Assembly: GCF_006345805.1 (NCBI RefSeq)
Contig: NC_043004.1
Span: 37,138,001 to 37,202,000 of the forward strand
DNA: 64,000 nucleotides
Source: Octopus sinensis
Lineage: Eukaryota
Direction of reading: 5' to 3'
How positions within the stretch are numbered: position 1 is the first letter of the stretch; each line of letters starts with the position of its first letter. Under the pieces are notes generated by a model. That model made no database searches. It was not told the DNA's origin and worked only from the letters and a program-made list of their open reading frames with translations. Positions 42,495-57,479 of the stretch are shown here, in pieces. The position numbers and the translations under genes are program-made.

Positions 42495-42783
42495 CACTGA
42501 ACACCTTTTTGATCTCCATGTGTCTAACACACGTGGACATGCCTACAAAGTCAGAAAACAGCACAGCTCCCATGACTTTCGGAAACATTTTTTCACGCTC
42601 AGGGTTGCTGAAGCGTGGAATAAACTGCCTGCATCAGTTGTTGACTGCCATGACACTGCATCCTTTAAGGCCCTCATGCTTCCCGAAATCCGTCGAAACT
42701 ACACCTGATTATATATACACTTTAGATGAGTTGTAGTGCACCTGAGCACTGTACACAATTATTATTATTATTATTATTATTAT
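42495..42783 (+). mobile_element. CR1-clade LINE 3' end with (ATT)n tail (different family from 12415-13685)
   Basis: NTRGHAYKV...RKHFFTLRVAEAWNKLPASVV C-terminal CR1 motif, short UTR, (ATT)n. Confidence 0.85.
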
Positions 42784-43158
42784 ACAGCCAACAGTGGAGT
42801 TTTGTTTCGCTTTTCGTAGCAATTAAATAGATCATTAAGATCTTTACGGTTTGAACGGCAGTTTTTTAAAATAATTTCCACGTACTAAACACTTTTAAAC
42901 TTCGTATACTGGTAGAATGTGTTTATAAAACATCTTTTTCTCTTGGCTTTATTGAGAAAATTCTTTAGTTTGTAAGATATTTGTTGCTCGTGCACTGGCT
43001 TAGTGTAGGTCGTTGTGTAAAAGAATGTTGGTGTGTTATGAAGGAATAAAATACTCAACATCTTGGGATCGTGCTATTAGATATTTCTCTCCTCTTCAGC
43101 AGCTTGTGTTTTTCTTCCTCAGTTTACACATTATTTTATAGTTTTAGTTTTGCCGTAG

Positions 43159-43211
<53 letters not shown>

Positions 43212-45330
43212 TATCCATACATTAGTGGACATAAAAATGCCTTAACTATCAGTGAAAATCTACAACTGGAAAGAAACAGAACAGAAACTGATTCTGCCTT
43301 TGGCGAATAAGGTATGTGATATTTATGTAACATCAAGTTGATGGATGCATTTCGTTTGGCAGCCATTTTGTTTGTTAGATTTACTTCAAGATCGTCTGTA
43401 GTTAAAGAGAAGAAAAATCTAGAAAAGAAGTGAGATAGAAATGATATGTTATAGAATCATATACACTATCACAGGCTTGCGCTAATGTTTATCAAAACCT
43501 AAGCCTAACAGTTTAAGATATTTCTTTATAGAAGATGGTGTATGTTTGATTTGTTTTGGGTTTTTTAATGTTTTTTTACTGTCACTAGCAATATATTTTA
43601 CCTTACGATGTTAACTACAGCTTTTGTTTCATAATGTTTGGAATTCCATTACACTATTACTCATAACAAAATATAAAAAAAGGCCATTTACAAACTTTAC
43701 ACTGTTTCCTGCTCAAAGTAACTTTTTTCTACAGCAAGTTTGATAAGGAGAGATTTATATATTTTTAGATTATACCAACAATGTTATCCCAAAATATACG
43801 TTCGTATTCACACACACACGCACACAAACATGCGCGCGCATACATACACACACTTTTGTGTGTGTGAGTGTATGTGTGTGTGAGTGTATGTGTGTGTGTG
43901 TGTGTGTGTGTAAGTTCATTTGTATGTGTGTGGCTGATCGTGTATAAATATTTTGTACGCTCATTTCTTTTGTAAAGTATGTAAGCCAATTTAAAGCGAA
44001 GCCGTTTTAAGATTTCATGCTAGTTTCAGAGTCTGATGAAAGAAAGATATGTGAACTTCTAAAAACAATTATTGACAAAACCTATTGATGGGGTTCGTAA
44101 AAAACTTTAGTAGAGAAGGTACAACCAAACTGAATGGATTAACAGGTAGCTAATACGTTGTTTGTTTGTTTGTTTTTATATTGAAAGGAAACATATATCT
44201 TCATTGATTGATATGCATCTAATGACACATATTGAAACTTTAAGATGTGATCTTTCCAAAACACCTGATAATACACATGCCAGACGTGGCCGTCAACTCG
44301 CAAATCGAGATTAAAATATTCAAGTTTAAAATAATACATAGTTATTAAAATTTGCAGTGGGAGAAAAAGGATAAGAACTGAATATATTCTTGACAGTTCA
44401 TAAGTTTTTATTATTCTTCAATAAAATTATTTGGACACAGAAACATATAACAAAGAAAAAATAAAACTGCCAATTAACAATAAATTGTAATTAACTTTAG
44501 ATATAATCAAACTAAATTAATTAGCACCAATACGCCAGTAATATTTAGTAAGATCATCTATATATACACGACAACACTGTCTGTAAGAAATATGTACAAA
44601 AAAAATAAGCAAACTCAAATTTTGCAAGGAATAGTAAACAGATAAACTCAACAACACTGTCTCTATTTCCGTTACAACATAACTACACCTATTACATAAC
44701 AAAAATCATTGATTGTTACCTAATGATAATTAGAGGTACTATATGATCACTCAATCTGCATGAGATTGCAGCCAAATCTCCCTCAAATCATAATTTATCC
44801 TCTTGAAAAGAACTGAAAGGACACGTTCCATAATATAGTCCTTGATAACATATAGTCCTAGATAACATAGCCACGGCTGAGGCGCTTCTGGTGATCATAA
44901 TTCCGCTGAATCAATCGGGAACTTGGATTAAAATGTCATCATCATCATCGTTAACAACAACATTAGATTGTCTCCGAGGTAAGGTCACTAAATGTAACCT
45001 TCCCTTAATCCAACTTATCTCTTTTCTGGAACAATTTACGTTATTATGGAAATCCTAAGCAATCTTTACCTATTTCATAATTTTACCAAAAACTCAAGCC
45101 TCATACAAATGACAAAAATCGAAAAAATATCAGCAAACCAGAATAAAGTTTTGGTCAAAGTTATTTATTATATCACCCCCATCGCTATTCTGCAGTAATT
45201 CCTTTTAATTGTAAAATGTAGAGTCAACGAGTGGAAAATTTTAGATTCAAAGGAACAAATAATTACTAATACATGTAAATCTGAGTCAGTTTTCTCTTTC
45301 GTTTCTGCACAAAAGCACTTATATTATGTA

Positions 45331-45698
45331 CTAGCAGTTTCGATCCTTTAGAATTGGAATTTTTGAAAAGTAAAAGTTTTGCATTATGTAGCTTGTCATT
45401 CTCTTAAAGTGAACATTTTTCTGGTTGAAATACACCGAAAAATGGCCACACAGCAGTCAAAAAATCTTTAAAAATACGGATTTTCAAAGAAGAAAAAGCA
45501 CCTTTTTTATGTAAATAATTTTTGGTGTTAACATGGTCCGATTTGAAGTTTTTCTTCTACGAAAGGAAGAGCAAGCCTTCTTCTATCATACTCTCAATTT
45601 TGGTCAACTTGTGCCGCAGGGTCTCGGAGGAGATAGTGTTAGTTGAAGGCTGCCAAACCTGCCATACACAGACAACTTCAGCTTTATATAGAGAGAGA
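45331..45698 (-). mobile_element. Non-autonomous Helitron, both termini present, 3' hairpin missing
   Basis: A|TC at 45698 and CTAG|T at 45331; termini resemble 58479-59344 but the CCCG..CGGG hairpin is absent. Confidence 0.65.
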
Positions 45699-46266
45699 TT
45701 GTATTATATGTTGTAAATAAATTTTGATAGAAATTAATGTCTACGTTAGTTAACACTATTCATTTTTAAGTTAATATCATTTTACGCTTGCACATACAAA
45801 TGAATGCCGTTGGCAAAGATGTTGCTAGCGTCTTGAGTTCTGTTTTTGCATGCTGATATTTCTGGTTAGTTGATGTTTGTTTTTGTTTGTTTCTTTGTTT
45901 TGAGGTGGTGTGTTTTTTTGTTTTGTCTTGGTTTTTTTTTGGGGGGGGGGTTGTTTTTTCGTTTTATTTTTTCTTAGAAATACTTAGTGAAAATTCTTGA
46001 TCCTCACTTTTATGAAAGCAATCTTCCAGAAGATACGATCTAAAGCAGGTTCTGTTCTTTATAGGGCTTATGTCATCTGTTGCAATTAAACAATTTTAAA
46101 CCTTCTGAGTGAACGGATGAACTATTTTGTACTTGTTACGTTAGGAGAGAGCTTTTCCGTGTTCCTGTAACAGAAATTAACGTGAAATTATGTTTCAGGT
46201 TTATCTTGTTTTTACACTGTGGGATGACCATATCTGTGAGCCGTAATCCAGGTGGTTGAGGACGAA

Positions 46267-46390
46267 TGTCCTCCAGAGGACCATCATGGTTTCCTTATCT
46301 CTGGTTCTGAATGTTCTCAGGATCCAGCCAGCCAGTCGTCTGCACTTTGTCGCCATCCTGATAATGTGTACTTGGAAAGAGGTATCATAT
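46267..46390 (-). mobile_element. Internal fragment of the same CR1 family as 12415-13685
   Basis: KCRRLAGWILRTFRTRDKETMMVLWRT; shares tgtcctccagaggaccatcatggtttcc with ~13015-13045. Confidence 0.85.
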
Positions 46391-46972
46391 ATATATCATA
46401 CATGGGAAACTTGACTGGCGACTTTGAGTGCTGCCACCTACAGTTGCTTGCGGAGTAAGGGAGGAGAGAGAGAGAGAGAGATTGCTAAGAAGGAGAAGAG
46501 GGGATGAAGTTTTCCTTTAAGGGGAGAGAACCGCTTCAGGGTTTATATTTTTTATTATTATTAAGAAAGGTCTTTTTTCTTATGAACGACAGAGCATATG
46601 AAATATCTCCATATAATCCTCCTTTTTTTTCATTTTAAGTGTCCTAGTAGATAGCGCCATTTCGCCCTTCTTATGGACACCTCAGTACAATATAACTTAG
46701 GATCATGGAATTTATTAGTCTAAATTCATTTAAAACGTTTAGGAATTATATGCGATCGATTTTCTTTTCTACTTTCTTTTCTTATTCTTTTAACAGTGAA
46801 GAAAATGAGTGAAGAGATAGAGGCAAGAAAATGAAAGCCACGGAGTCATTTATGATTAAAATTAAAATTAACATTATACTTAAATATAATCGATATTTTC
46901 TATTTTCTACATTTTTAACAGTGGAGAAGAGACGAAAAAGAATATATATACGTACACACACACACACACACA

Positions 46973-47098
<126 letters not shown>

Positions 47099-47824
47099 GC
47101 GACGTATATGTAATTTCAATTTAATGCTGTTGTATTAAATCAACACAAAATAAATTAAATAAAATTTAAATTTATGTATTGCAGGCTTCAGCTTAGAATA
47201 TGTCATGCTATTAGATAATAAATCACTTCATTACTTACTAGTTAATTAGTTAATTAGTTCTTCTAAGTAAAACTATTCAATTTGTTTATCGTTCATCACT
47301 TTAGGCAAAGTATATCGCCTGAAATACATGTTTTTATTGCATGCAACCATTCGGCAATGCATGATGTTCAAACATATTTTAAACAATAACTGAGTGAAAA
47401 GGGACTATTAAAAAGTAGCTACAAATAATGATGTGCAAAGGAAGAAACAATACCATTGTTTTTTCATTATTGTATTTTAGTTTCTTAGCCATAAATATTC
47501 AATATGTTACACACAGAATTATTCTTTATGTTTACTATTTTCAATTGAAAGTAAGACTCTGGTCATATCGGAGGAGTGCTCCAGTATGACCAGAGTCTTC
47601 TGGGGTCACAGTCTGCAAAGGTTTGGCCGAACATAGTGATTCTAGGAATTTATTTAACTAATTCTATATATCGAACTCTAACATACATAACAACAGTACC
47701 GCTGCGAGCATAAACACATAGAGACATACATAGAGACACACTCACATACATACACACACACGTACAACGCGCGTGCGCACACCCACGCACACATACACAC
47801 ACAACACACTCACACACACATACT

Positions 47825-47869
<45 letters not shown>

Positions 47870-47935
47870 GAGTAAGCACATAAATGTGAAACAAAGTGAA
47901 AAACAGAGTACTCAAATACCAGAGATAGAGTAATA

Positions 47936-48000
47936 TACTTTATTTAAAAGCAGCAGAAATATAACTGTTATGTTATATTTCTGCTGCTTTTAAATAAAGT

Positions 48001-48001
<1 letters not shown>
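47936..48001. repeat. Perfect 30-bp inverted repeat, 6-nt loop
   Basis: TACTTTATTTAAAAGCAGCAGAAATATAAC / GTTATATTTCTGCTGCTTTTAAATAAAGTA. Confidence 0.95.
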
Positions 48002-48034
<33 letters not shown>

Positions 48035-48077
48035 TATATATATATACATATATATATATATATACATATATATATAC

Positions 48078-48155
<78 letters not shown>

Positions 48156-48224
48156 CGCGCACGCAGACGCACATACATCTATGCACAGATCAGTAATCAG
48201 TCTATTCGCTGATCATATAAACAA

Positions 48225-48285
48225 GGCTCGACTAAATGCGGTGCTCTAGCATGGCCACAGTCAAATGACTGAAACACATAAGAAA
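48225..48285 (+). mobile_element. SINE 3' tail fragment
   Basis: gctcgactaaatgcggtgctctagcatggccacagtcaaatgactgaaac; similar tail fragments at ~57960-58045 and ~60300-60350. Confidence 0.8.
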
Positions 48286-48757
48286 AAAATAAAAGACTAC
48301 ATACATACGTAAATATGTGTTATTTTTTAACCTTTGCATCAATCTGACTTTTTCCTCGTCTTTGAAAGCTATTTACTGCTTAACGTCTCTGTGTTGTCTT
48401 TATCTTTCTAATTATTCGACCATGTTCTCGATAGTTTTATTATTTTATTGTTTCTAAATATGTCAATACATCCAGGCTTCTTGATTCTGCATATAAATAG
48501 ATTCATTCTATATATGAGTGAAAGCTGCTCTTATTTACCCCTGATGTTTTCGTTTCCCATTGCTCTTCTCCGGATTCTTGCCCAGTTGTCTTATACTATC
48601 ATTGCCATTTTATTGCATCTCTCAGATTTAATTTTCGTCATCCTATACAGTCCAATACCATCGTTATTTAATTCATGCAGTTACATGATACAACCAATCG
48701 GTGAAAATTTTCAAAAGTAGGACATAAAACACAAAAGATAAAATAAACTTCAACAAT

Positions 48758-48923
48758 AGGCGTAGGAGTGGCTGTGTGGTAAGTAACTTGCTTACCAACC
48801 ACATGGTTCCGGTTTCAGTCCCACTGCATGGCACCTTGGGCAAGTGTCTTCTACTATAGCCTCGGGCCGACCAAAGCCTTGTGAGTGGATTTGGTAGACG
48901 GAAACTGAAAGAATCCCGTTGTA

Positions 48924-48925
<2 letters not shown>
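48758..48925 (+). mobile_element. SINE head, 3' half lost at internal (AT)n
   Basis: A/B boxes and CORE motif intact; ends in (AT)n at ~48925-48975. Confidence 0.9.
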
Positions 48926-48975
<50 letters not shown>

Positions 48976-51900
48976 GCACATTTGCATACACTGACAGGGG
49001 AGATAATCGCCCATAAGCGAAACCAGATGACTGGACAAGATTAGTTTCGTCTGTAAAATTACAGACTCGTCAGCAGTGACTACTCCATAGCCGTGTATGT
49101 GTCAGTATATGAAAATGTGCTTCCTTGCAGTTCTAAGAGTTTTAACTATTATTTCTAGCAACATATGTGCTACCCAACACCCTCAGTCACAATTATGACG
49201 ATTGAATTTTTCATTTTTGGCTTTATATTGCGTATAGCTGCCTACGTTATTTTATGTATGTATGTGTGTATGTATGTGTATGTGTATTGTTCTATCTATG
49301 TACGTGTATATGTGTGTATGTGCTGTTATGAAATTATAAATTATTATGTGAAGTAAAAAGGAAAACAGTTTTTATGCTGCCCTTTAAGGGCGAAGTCCAT
49401 TGTTAAAATGGAGGACGCTATAGTTATTAGCCAAAACTGAAACTATTACAAATTGGCTACACCTTGGCAAACTTTATAAATAGAGATAATTTTACCCCCA
49501 CCCCAATTTTTTGTGACAGTTTTTTCCTGTGTGACAGTTTTGTTCAATTGGATTCTGGAGGCTGTGATTGCCTGTTTGGTTCGTGCACTTTGTGCTTTGT
49601 GTTGGGCATTTGTAGAATTGTTTATGCTCCAGGAATTCGCCAGAACTTTTGTCAAATTTAAGATAATTTCTGTGTCACATCTGGGTGAGTACAAAATAAA
49701 AATCTCTTAAGTTATGTTATGTTATAATATTTATGTGAATTTTGAAGCCTGCATTTGTGGAAGTAGGTTGTGTAGTAATTTTGCTAGCTATTTTCTGCGA
49801 AGATAAATGTTAAATTTTGTATAACTAGCTAAAGGGTGTATGAATTAATTTTTTCATGTAGCCAAATTTTTTGTATTTGACAACTAACTGTAAATTTTGT
49901 CTAATGATTACTCAGAATGCTTATATGAAGCAATTTTGTGTGAATTTAAAGCAAACTAGCTTTGTATTTGAACATTTAATTTTTTTACTATAATTATTGA
50001 TGTAGTCTGGCAGCCGCTTTGTGTCATGAACTTTTAGTTTAAATGGTTGCTTTGACATTAGATGTAATTATGTTTAGGTCCAAGGTTCGACATCCAAGGT
50101 TCGAAACCCAAGGTTGAACACCGAATTGATAGAAGACAGATTTTATGAGGTCAAGGTTCGAAATCCACTGTCGAAATCCGAGATTTGAAAAACCAAATTT
50201 GTTGAGGCCAATTTTGGGGAAACCGAAACCCGGGATTGTCCAAACTTCTGAACTGTGTATATATGTTACCCTCGTAACTTTTGACTGCACGTCTGATGTA
50301 GCATTTGCTGTTTGTATATTTATTTGTTTGTATGTAAGCTGTTTTTATGTTGACTATTAATATTTCACAAAAAGATTCATGGTGTGGTGTTGTTTTAAAT
50401 TCACCCTGACCACGTTGATTCTGTGAATTCGGGTTATGGCCATCAGGTTGTAACAGTGCGCGGATGCGAACGCATCGTGCATGTGTGTGTGCGTGTCTGA
50501 AACGAAGATTATTGTTTTAAAGATAGTCTAAGAACAACGGGACATTTGCTGATTCAATCTTGAGAACAGAATCAAATTCATTGTTAAATCCTAGCTGATT
50601 GACACTTCAAGTTTCGCTTATTCCACTATTTGAGTGTGGGTAGGGTAGTGATTTCGTTCTTTGCCAAGAGGTATTGCACGTCACCAGAATTTTCGACTCA
50701 AGCCAAACAACAACTCCAAATCTTTGTTAGAGTATCCGCGTAAATGAAGTCAACAGAGATTAACTTGTTCTTGCATCTAGTCATATCAAGTTTATAATAA
50801 TAAATCAAAGCAAATAATGACGGTTTTAAAGCACTTAATACTTGCATTTCAGATCTTTCGTGATATATAAAAGGAATTACATCCTTTGGCTGAGGACGTT
50901 CTTGCGCAAAGGGATATTTTTCCTATAACATATTAGATAAGATCTAAAACGCACATATTAAATGCACAATATCATTATGCATATGTGTTATAAGTATGTG
51001 GTTGATCGTTGTTTCCATATGATAAGTAATGAACTGGTGAAACATTATAGTTATACAACACATACATATGGCAATTAACTTTAAGACATAGGATGTCCTG
51101 ATGACTTATGTCGATTTATTTTCCATCAGCTGCAGGTTACAATTCTCTCTTCGCATAATAATTAAATAGATCCCTTTTTTACCGTAGGCTCCCTTTTTAT
51201 TCCAGTACTGTTGGTGATCTCAGTCACAGAAGTTTATAAATGTATTTGAAGTGACATATTGAGAAATTGTTTTACGCTAAGAATGTCAGATGAATACAGG
51301 TGGGAAGCGAAGTTAGGGAAAGAAGGAAAATATAACAAATACAGGGTACACGGACATGCTGGAGCATTGGTGTAATGAGCGTCCATTAGACTGTTATGTC
51401 ATTTCGATGTGTATGTGTGTGTATACATATAAATACATATATATACACACAAACTAACATACATACATTAATCTGCATTAATTATGTATAATTATGAATG
51501 TTGACATAGCTATAAATCTCAGAAGATTCTTGGTTTTGAAAAATTGTAGTCTGCATCAAACCAATCCTATCTGCTGAACGACGACGAACTAAATCAATAA
51601 GTGACCAGTCTTCTTAAGAGAGACAAATTCTTCTGAACAACGGAAATTGTTTTATCTCCCTTTCATTATTCCTGTTCTGTAATCAAATATTTTCAACTGA
51701 CACTTAGCTGTTTTTCCCTCTTTCAGATATCCTGTTACCGTATCTTGTGATTGGTAGAATAAAAAGAAAAGTTGCCAAATCAATGTTAATGTATTACGAG
51801 AATGGTTTAATTTCTTCTATTTCCCTCGTTTTATAAACAAGCACAAGTTTCTAGTCCTGTGTTTTCTAGTCACGTGCCTATTGGTATTAGTTTATAAACT

Positions 51901-52958
51901 ACAATTCCAGTTTTGCACTAATTCATTGGGCATGTTTGTAGACATTAGACATTTGAGTTATGTTTATAAAATAGGGTATCGATCTTATTTCCTATCGGAA
52001 ATCAAATATTATAATTTGACATACAATAAGAAGCGAGTGAAATTCCTTTCTCCTCTGCTTCGATATCTTCCACCTCCTTTGTACACTTCTTTTGGCTTTC
52101 CACTTTGTTTCTTTTCATTTCTCCTCCAATCTCTTCCATGTATAAGTTGTTGTTATTTTACTTGTGTTGATGATCACACAGTTAGCAAGAAGACATAAAG
52201 GAAACAAAATTAGAGTTCTAAACACGTTATTGTATATGTCTGCTAGTAAGAATCGTTTTTCTTCTGCTTAGCGCCAACAATGCCAGATAAAATGGCACTG
52301 CTAGACTGGAAACGTAAAGAAACCTGAAAATATTATCGATCTTATGTATTGTTATTGATACAAGCAAATTTCTTCGCTACCGAACTTTGCTGAGTAAAAT
52401 GCTATTTTCCGTTATATGGTTCATATTTTCATGTTATGGTTCATTAACTTAAAATGCATTGGATGTTATTCATCTTTCTTTCAAGATAAAGAATCAATAG
52501 ATACTATTGGTAATAAAGTAAGTCTCTTTAGTAACAAGATAACGCCGTCCGATAGAAGTGATAGAAGCTACAAACTAACAGTGATGTGGACGGTATGTTA
52601 GCAGTAAGTCTAACATCAATTCCAGAGTTAAAGAAACTGACACTAATAAATATACACAAGTAAATGTATTGCTGTAGACTTGAAATAATTAGAAACCTCC
52701 AATGAGCTGCTAATATTTTGATTAAAAACTTCAGGTGACAATAATTTTCTTAATATTCGTTTCAAATTTTGGCACAAGGTTAGCAATTTGGTGGGAGGGA
52801 TAAATCAATTACATCGACCCCAGTGCTTAGCTGGTATTTATTTCATCGGCTCCGAAAAGAGGAAAGGCAAAGTCAAAGGCAAAGGCGGCTTTCGTTATCT
52901 GGGTCGTGGAGTACCAGTAAAATAGACTTTATGTAATTCACTTAGAATAAGACGGTTG

Positions 52959-52991
<33 letters not shown>

Positions 52992-55900
52992 TATATATAT
53001 ATGAATAAATGAAAGAATGGAGTCGAACGAAGATGCTAACAAAATTCCTTTACTCTCGACACATGTTTCAACCGTGTTTTCTGACGTGAATTTGCTACCC
53101 AGGTATCGGTTAAACGAATTTTCCATGATAGGATAATTCATTCACCTACTTATATATATATAAAGTAGGCTGTAATCTTGATATCTTGTTTGCAGGTATT
53201 ACAAGGTTCATCATTTTTATTTAATAATTTGAATAGCTGCATCATGATAATTATTTCTCATCCATTAAATTATAGCATTGGGCTATGATATATGTAATAA
53301 GTTATGTGGATATTGTCCATTGTAATCCCCAAACGTTTCGAAATACAGAAGTGGAAGAATTTTATTTCATCTCTGGTCTTAGGACTAGAATCTAATTGGT
53401 GCATGCCTAACTTAAAACATGTTCTCTCTTAGCTCGGTACGGTTGTCTTTGATATTATTTACTAATATTATTATAGTTCTATACAGTAGTATCTCATAAT
53501 TGATCTGAGTTATTCTCAGTACGATTACTTCTACTGAATCAGACTATTTTAATTACAATGTTTTCTATGCTACTATAACTAGCCGTTAATCATTGATATA
53601 TAATTCCTAGCAATATTAGACTTTGCATTTGGCATCATGGAACCATTTGAGGTTGTTTGTCTTGAGAATCTCCAGAACAAACTACTCTCTTTTAGACTAC
53701 ATTTGATTCTCATTTCTTAACTAGAAAGTTTCTTATAGTCTGCACTGGGGAGAAAAGCCTTCCCCGACCCACGTTTATATAAACTCTGTTGTGTCCCAAG
53801 GTTCTGCTATTCCCATAAATAAGTGATCTGTTTTTGTCTCCTCTAACACTGCTCACTTCTTTGCATAAAATACCGATTTACATTGCTCGCTTACTTTCAC
53901 GCAAGCGACATCAACATACAACCCAGACGCGTCACACCAAACCTGCTTACCTTTGTGAGTAGAGATCTCAAACGCATTCCTTAACAGATAAATAGCAATT
54001 GTCTCTCTCTCTCTCTGAAAGCTATCATGTATTCTAACATCTCAGGTCTTGGATAACATGCAGTTATAATAACTGAATTACTATAACTGCCAAGATCTTT
54101 CCTGGCGATCTTACATAAATAGCATAGCAATAACTTCATCCCAAAGGCAGTCCTCCTCTTCTTCAGGCCCAGATGTATTTCAGTACTGATCGTTTGCTAT
54201 CTCTTAATAAAATTTATGTTAAAAACTGACTAGGATATATTGTTTCAGTACCTGGAACGACACTTCTGCTACTAACAGGCCAATCGAATACGACTTTTGG
54301 CATAATGTCTCCTTACTTTTCCCATTTTATCGTAACTATTATGGTCATAGTCCCTTTGGAATAACAAGTTGCCTATCACTTCCACCAAGGGGTGGAATCC
54401 TGAGTCTTTTCATCTTGTCACCCATTCTTTGTCTCAGATCGAGTCTTCGTACGAACCCACTTCGTTAGTGTCTTCCTTCTCCCACAGATGTTGACTTACA
54501 TATGTTGAACCTAAACATCATCTGTATCACCATCAGCAGTATCGAAGAGTCTGTAGAGTTCTTGCTCATTCGACCTTTCTCCTGCAAGGAAATGGTTGAA
54601 TACAATAATAGAGAACTTCACTGTGAAATTCAGGTGTAAATGAAGCTGTGCACATGTATTCGTAATAAATTAATACTAACTCATGAATAGCACAATTTCA
54701 TTGTGTTAATATTGTGGATAACACAACGGACAGCTTTATTAAATGAAGCCGTACACATTCTTTATTTATCTTCATGTCGAAATATTTCTCTCGTAAAAAA
54801 GGAATTACTAATCTCCAACGAAAGTGAAAAGACAAGATACTATATGAAAATGTTGAAATATTAGAATGCATTACTACTGTGTTGGACAAATTTATATATA
54901 ATTGAATAAGAAAATAAAGGAATCGCTCGTCGAAAGACAAAAATATATGCTATTGTACTAATCTTGATACACGATTGGGTATCATACTAAGGATATACAT
55001 CACCAGTCTTTCTACTCGCAGTCATTTGTTGATAGCAATGATACTATTGAGGAAACTAATCAACATTGGATGTCAGTAATTACATCTTCCTGTGGAGAAC
55101 CAACGCATTTAAATATCAGAAACTTAACTCGATAAAATTAGATAAATCCTTATTAGATGTTAGGCATTTTATCTTAGAGGAATCAAGTGAAACTACAGAC
55201 ACAGAACATCTCCGGAAAGTAAAACTTCAGCAGCTTACCTTTATCATTGATAAACATTACATGGCTAACGATGTTAAACACGTAGAAAACATATCAGGAC
55301 CCCAGGAACATGGATTACGTAAGTTTGCTGCATAAAAACTGAAGTTTTCTTCCCAAATCCAGAAAATATTTCATTACTGACGACTAACTTACAAATAAGC
55401 TACTAATACAGTATAAGCTAAATAGCCAATATATACATCTCCCTGGAATCTGTCAAATCCTTATTTCTTTTAACATTTTTATTATTGTGGACGATGGAAT
55501 GACAACAAAGATGTCACACTAAATTATATGTTTTTGTTCAAATTCTGCTAATGTTACCTTTGCCTTTTATCTGGAATCGATAAACTAGATACCAGACATA
55601 TGTTGATATCGTTTTGATCGATCTTTCATATCACCAGTATTTTATACTTTTGTGTAAGAATAATAAATCATTATTTTATACTTCCATCGTTAATACAATT
55701 GTATTCACATCAACGTTTGAGTCAACAAAAGGAAGAAATCGTCACATGACATGCCTGGCGTGATTAATCGCCATTGTTTTAACACACTGGAAAATGTATA
55801 CACACAGATACGTTATATATTTATACATATATGTATGCATACATGCATGAATGCATGCGTACGTGTGTATGCATGTATGTATATAGCATGTAAATAGAGA

Positions 55901-56646
55901 ATATTGCATGAGAAACTGCTTTTATGACAACTGCAAGAGGGTTAAAAGTTTGAGACGTTTTCGTTAAACGAAGTCTTACAATATTTTTATTAATTATAAA
56001 GTGAAACGGCGTCATTAGAAAGTATAGCAGTCGCTGTAATATTAAACGGTAAATAAAGTTTTATTTCATGACATGCCTTTTACATATCCTAATTTATTGT
56101 AACGTCAAATTTTTTTTGTCATCAAAAATATCCAGCTTAAATTCTTTGATATCTCGTGTCATTGATTATTGAAATTTTGTTTTCAATGCTAACACGTCTT
56201 ATGCAATTACAGATCTTGCTATGCATTTTAATTACCAACAGATTCTGTATGCGAGCAGACTGATATTTCATTTCATTTATCAGCATGTCATTTTTTTATT
56301 TTTTTCATTTCAGTGTAATTAGATTTCAATTTTAATAAAACCTGGGAAAATTAATTAGAAATGTTTTCTCTAATTAGATCTAAATAGTGTAATAACATTT
56401 TCTCGTCGATTATATAAGTATCTTACTTATCTCTGGTATTTTGCAAGTCGATATATTTCTCTTTACATTTCATTCTTGTTGAGGTAATGATAAACAAACG
56501 ACAAGCCATCCATAAAGAAATTCATTTCCTTCACAGTTCAGTTTGTGACGAACACAGTTAAACAGCTATTACAATACACTCTATACATACACACGTACAT
56601 ACACACGCACGCACGCATACACATGCACACACACACACACACACAC

Positions 56647-56686
<40 letters not shown>

Positions 56687-57139
56687 ATCTATTCCTAGTT
56701 ATTGATTGTATGTCAGAAAACTATTGGTGAAGGCTGAAATTATAAATATTATTTGCTTATTCGGATCTTTTCTTTTTGAAAGCCAGATTTTCCTAGTTAA
56801 CTAACAATTGAGACTTCGTATACTGGTAGAATGTGTCAAAAGAAAAACCTAATGGTAACCAAAAATGAAAACGGAATTGTAATTTCTAAGTTTAACGTTG
56901 TTTAATAATTCGAATTTTAACCAATGATATTCTTTCTTTCGGACTCATATTATTTACTGCCTCTCAAAAATTGTTACTGTGACGTAAAAGCTATTTGTGA
57001 CGTAGTTAACGTAAAACATGTAAATAGCTAACTAAATGTAGACATCTCCGCTTATCATAAACTTCGTGGAGTATATATAAAAATTTGTGTAGATCCTAAA
57101 AGCTACACACAGCATGTACCAAACATATGCATATATATT

Positions 57140-57268
57140 ATATATATACATACTATATATATATATATATATAATATATATATATATATACCTATACACA
57201 CATATTCTAATGCATATGCATATATGTGTATATATATTATAATGTGTGTGTATTATAGATGCATACAT

Positions 57269-57300
<32 letters not shown>

Positions 57301-57479
57301 TATACACACTATTCTAATGCATATGCATATATGTGTATATTATAATGTGGTGTATTATAGATGCATACATTATATAATATATATATATACTATATATATA
57401 TACCTATACACCATATTCTAATGCATATGCAATATATGTGTATATATTTATAATGTGTGTGTGTATTATAATGCTACAT

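Noticed and set aside
50889-50930. CTGAGGA-CG..CG-CAAA hammerhead-like string
   Set aside because: G12 is absent and stem I does not pair; likely chance
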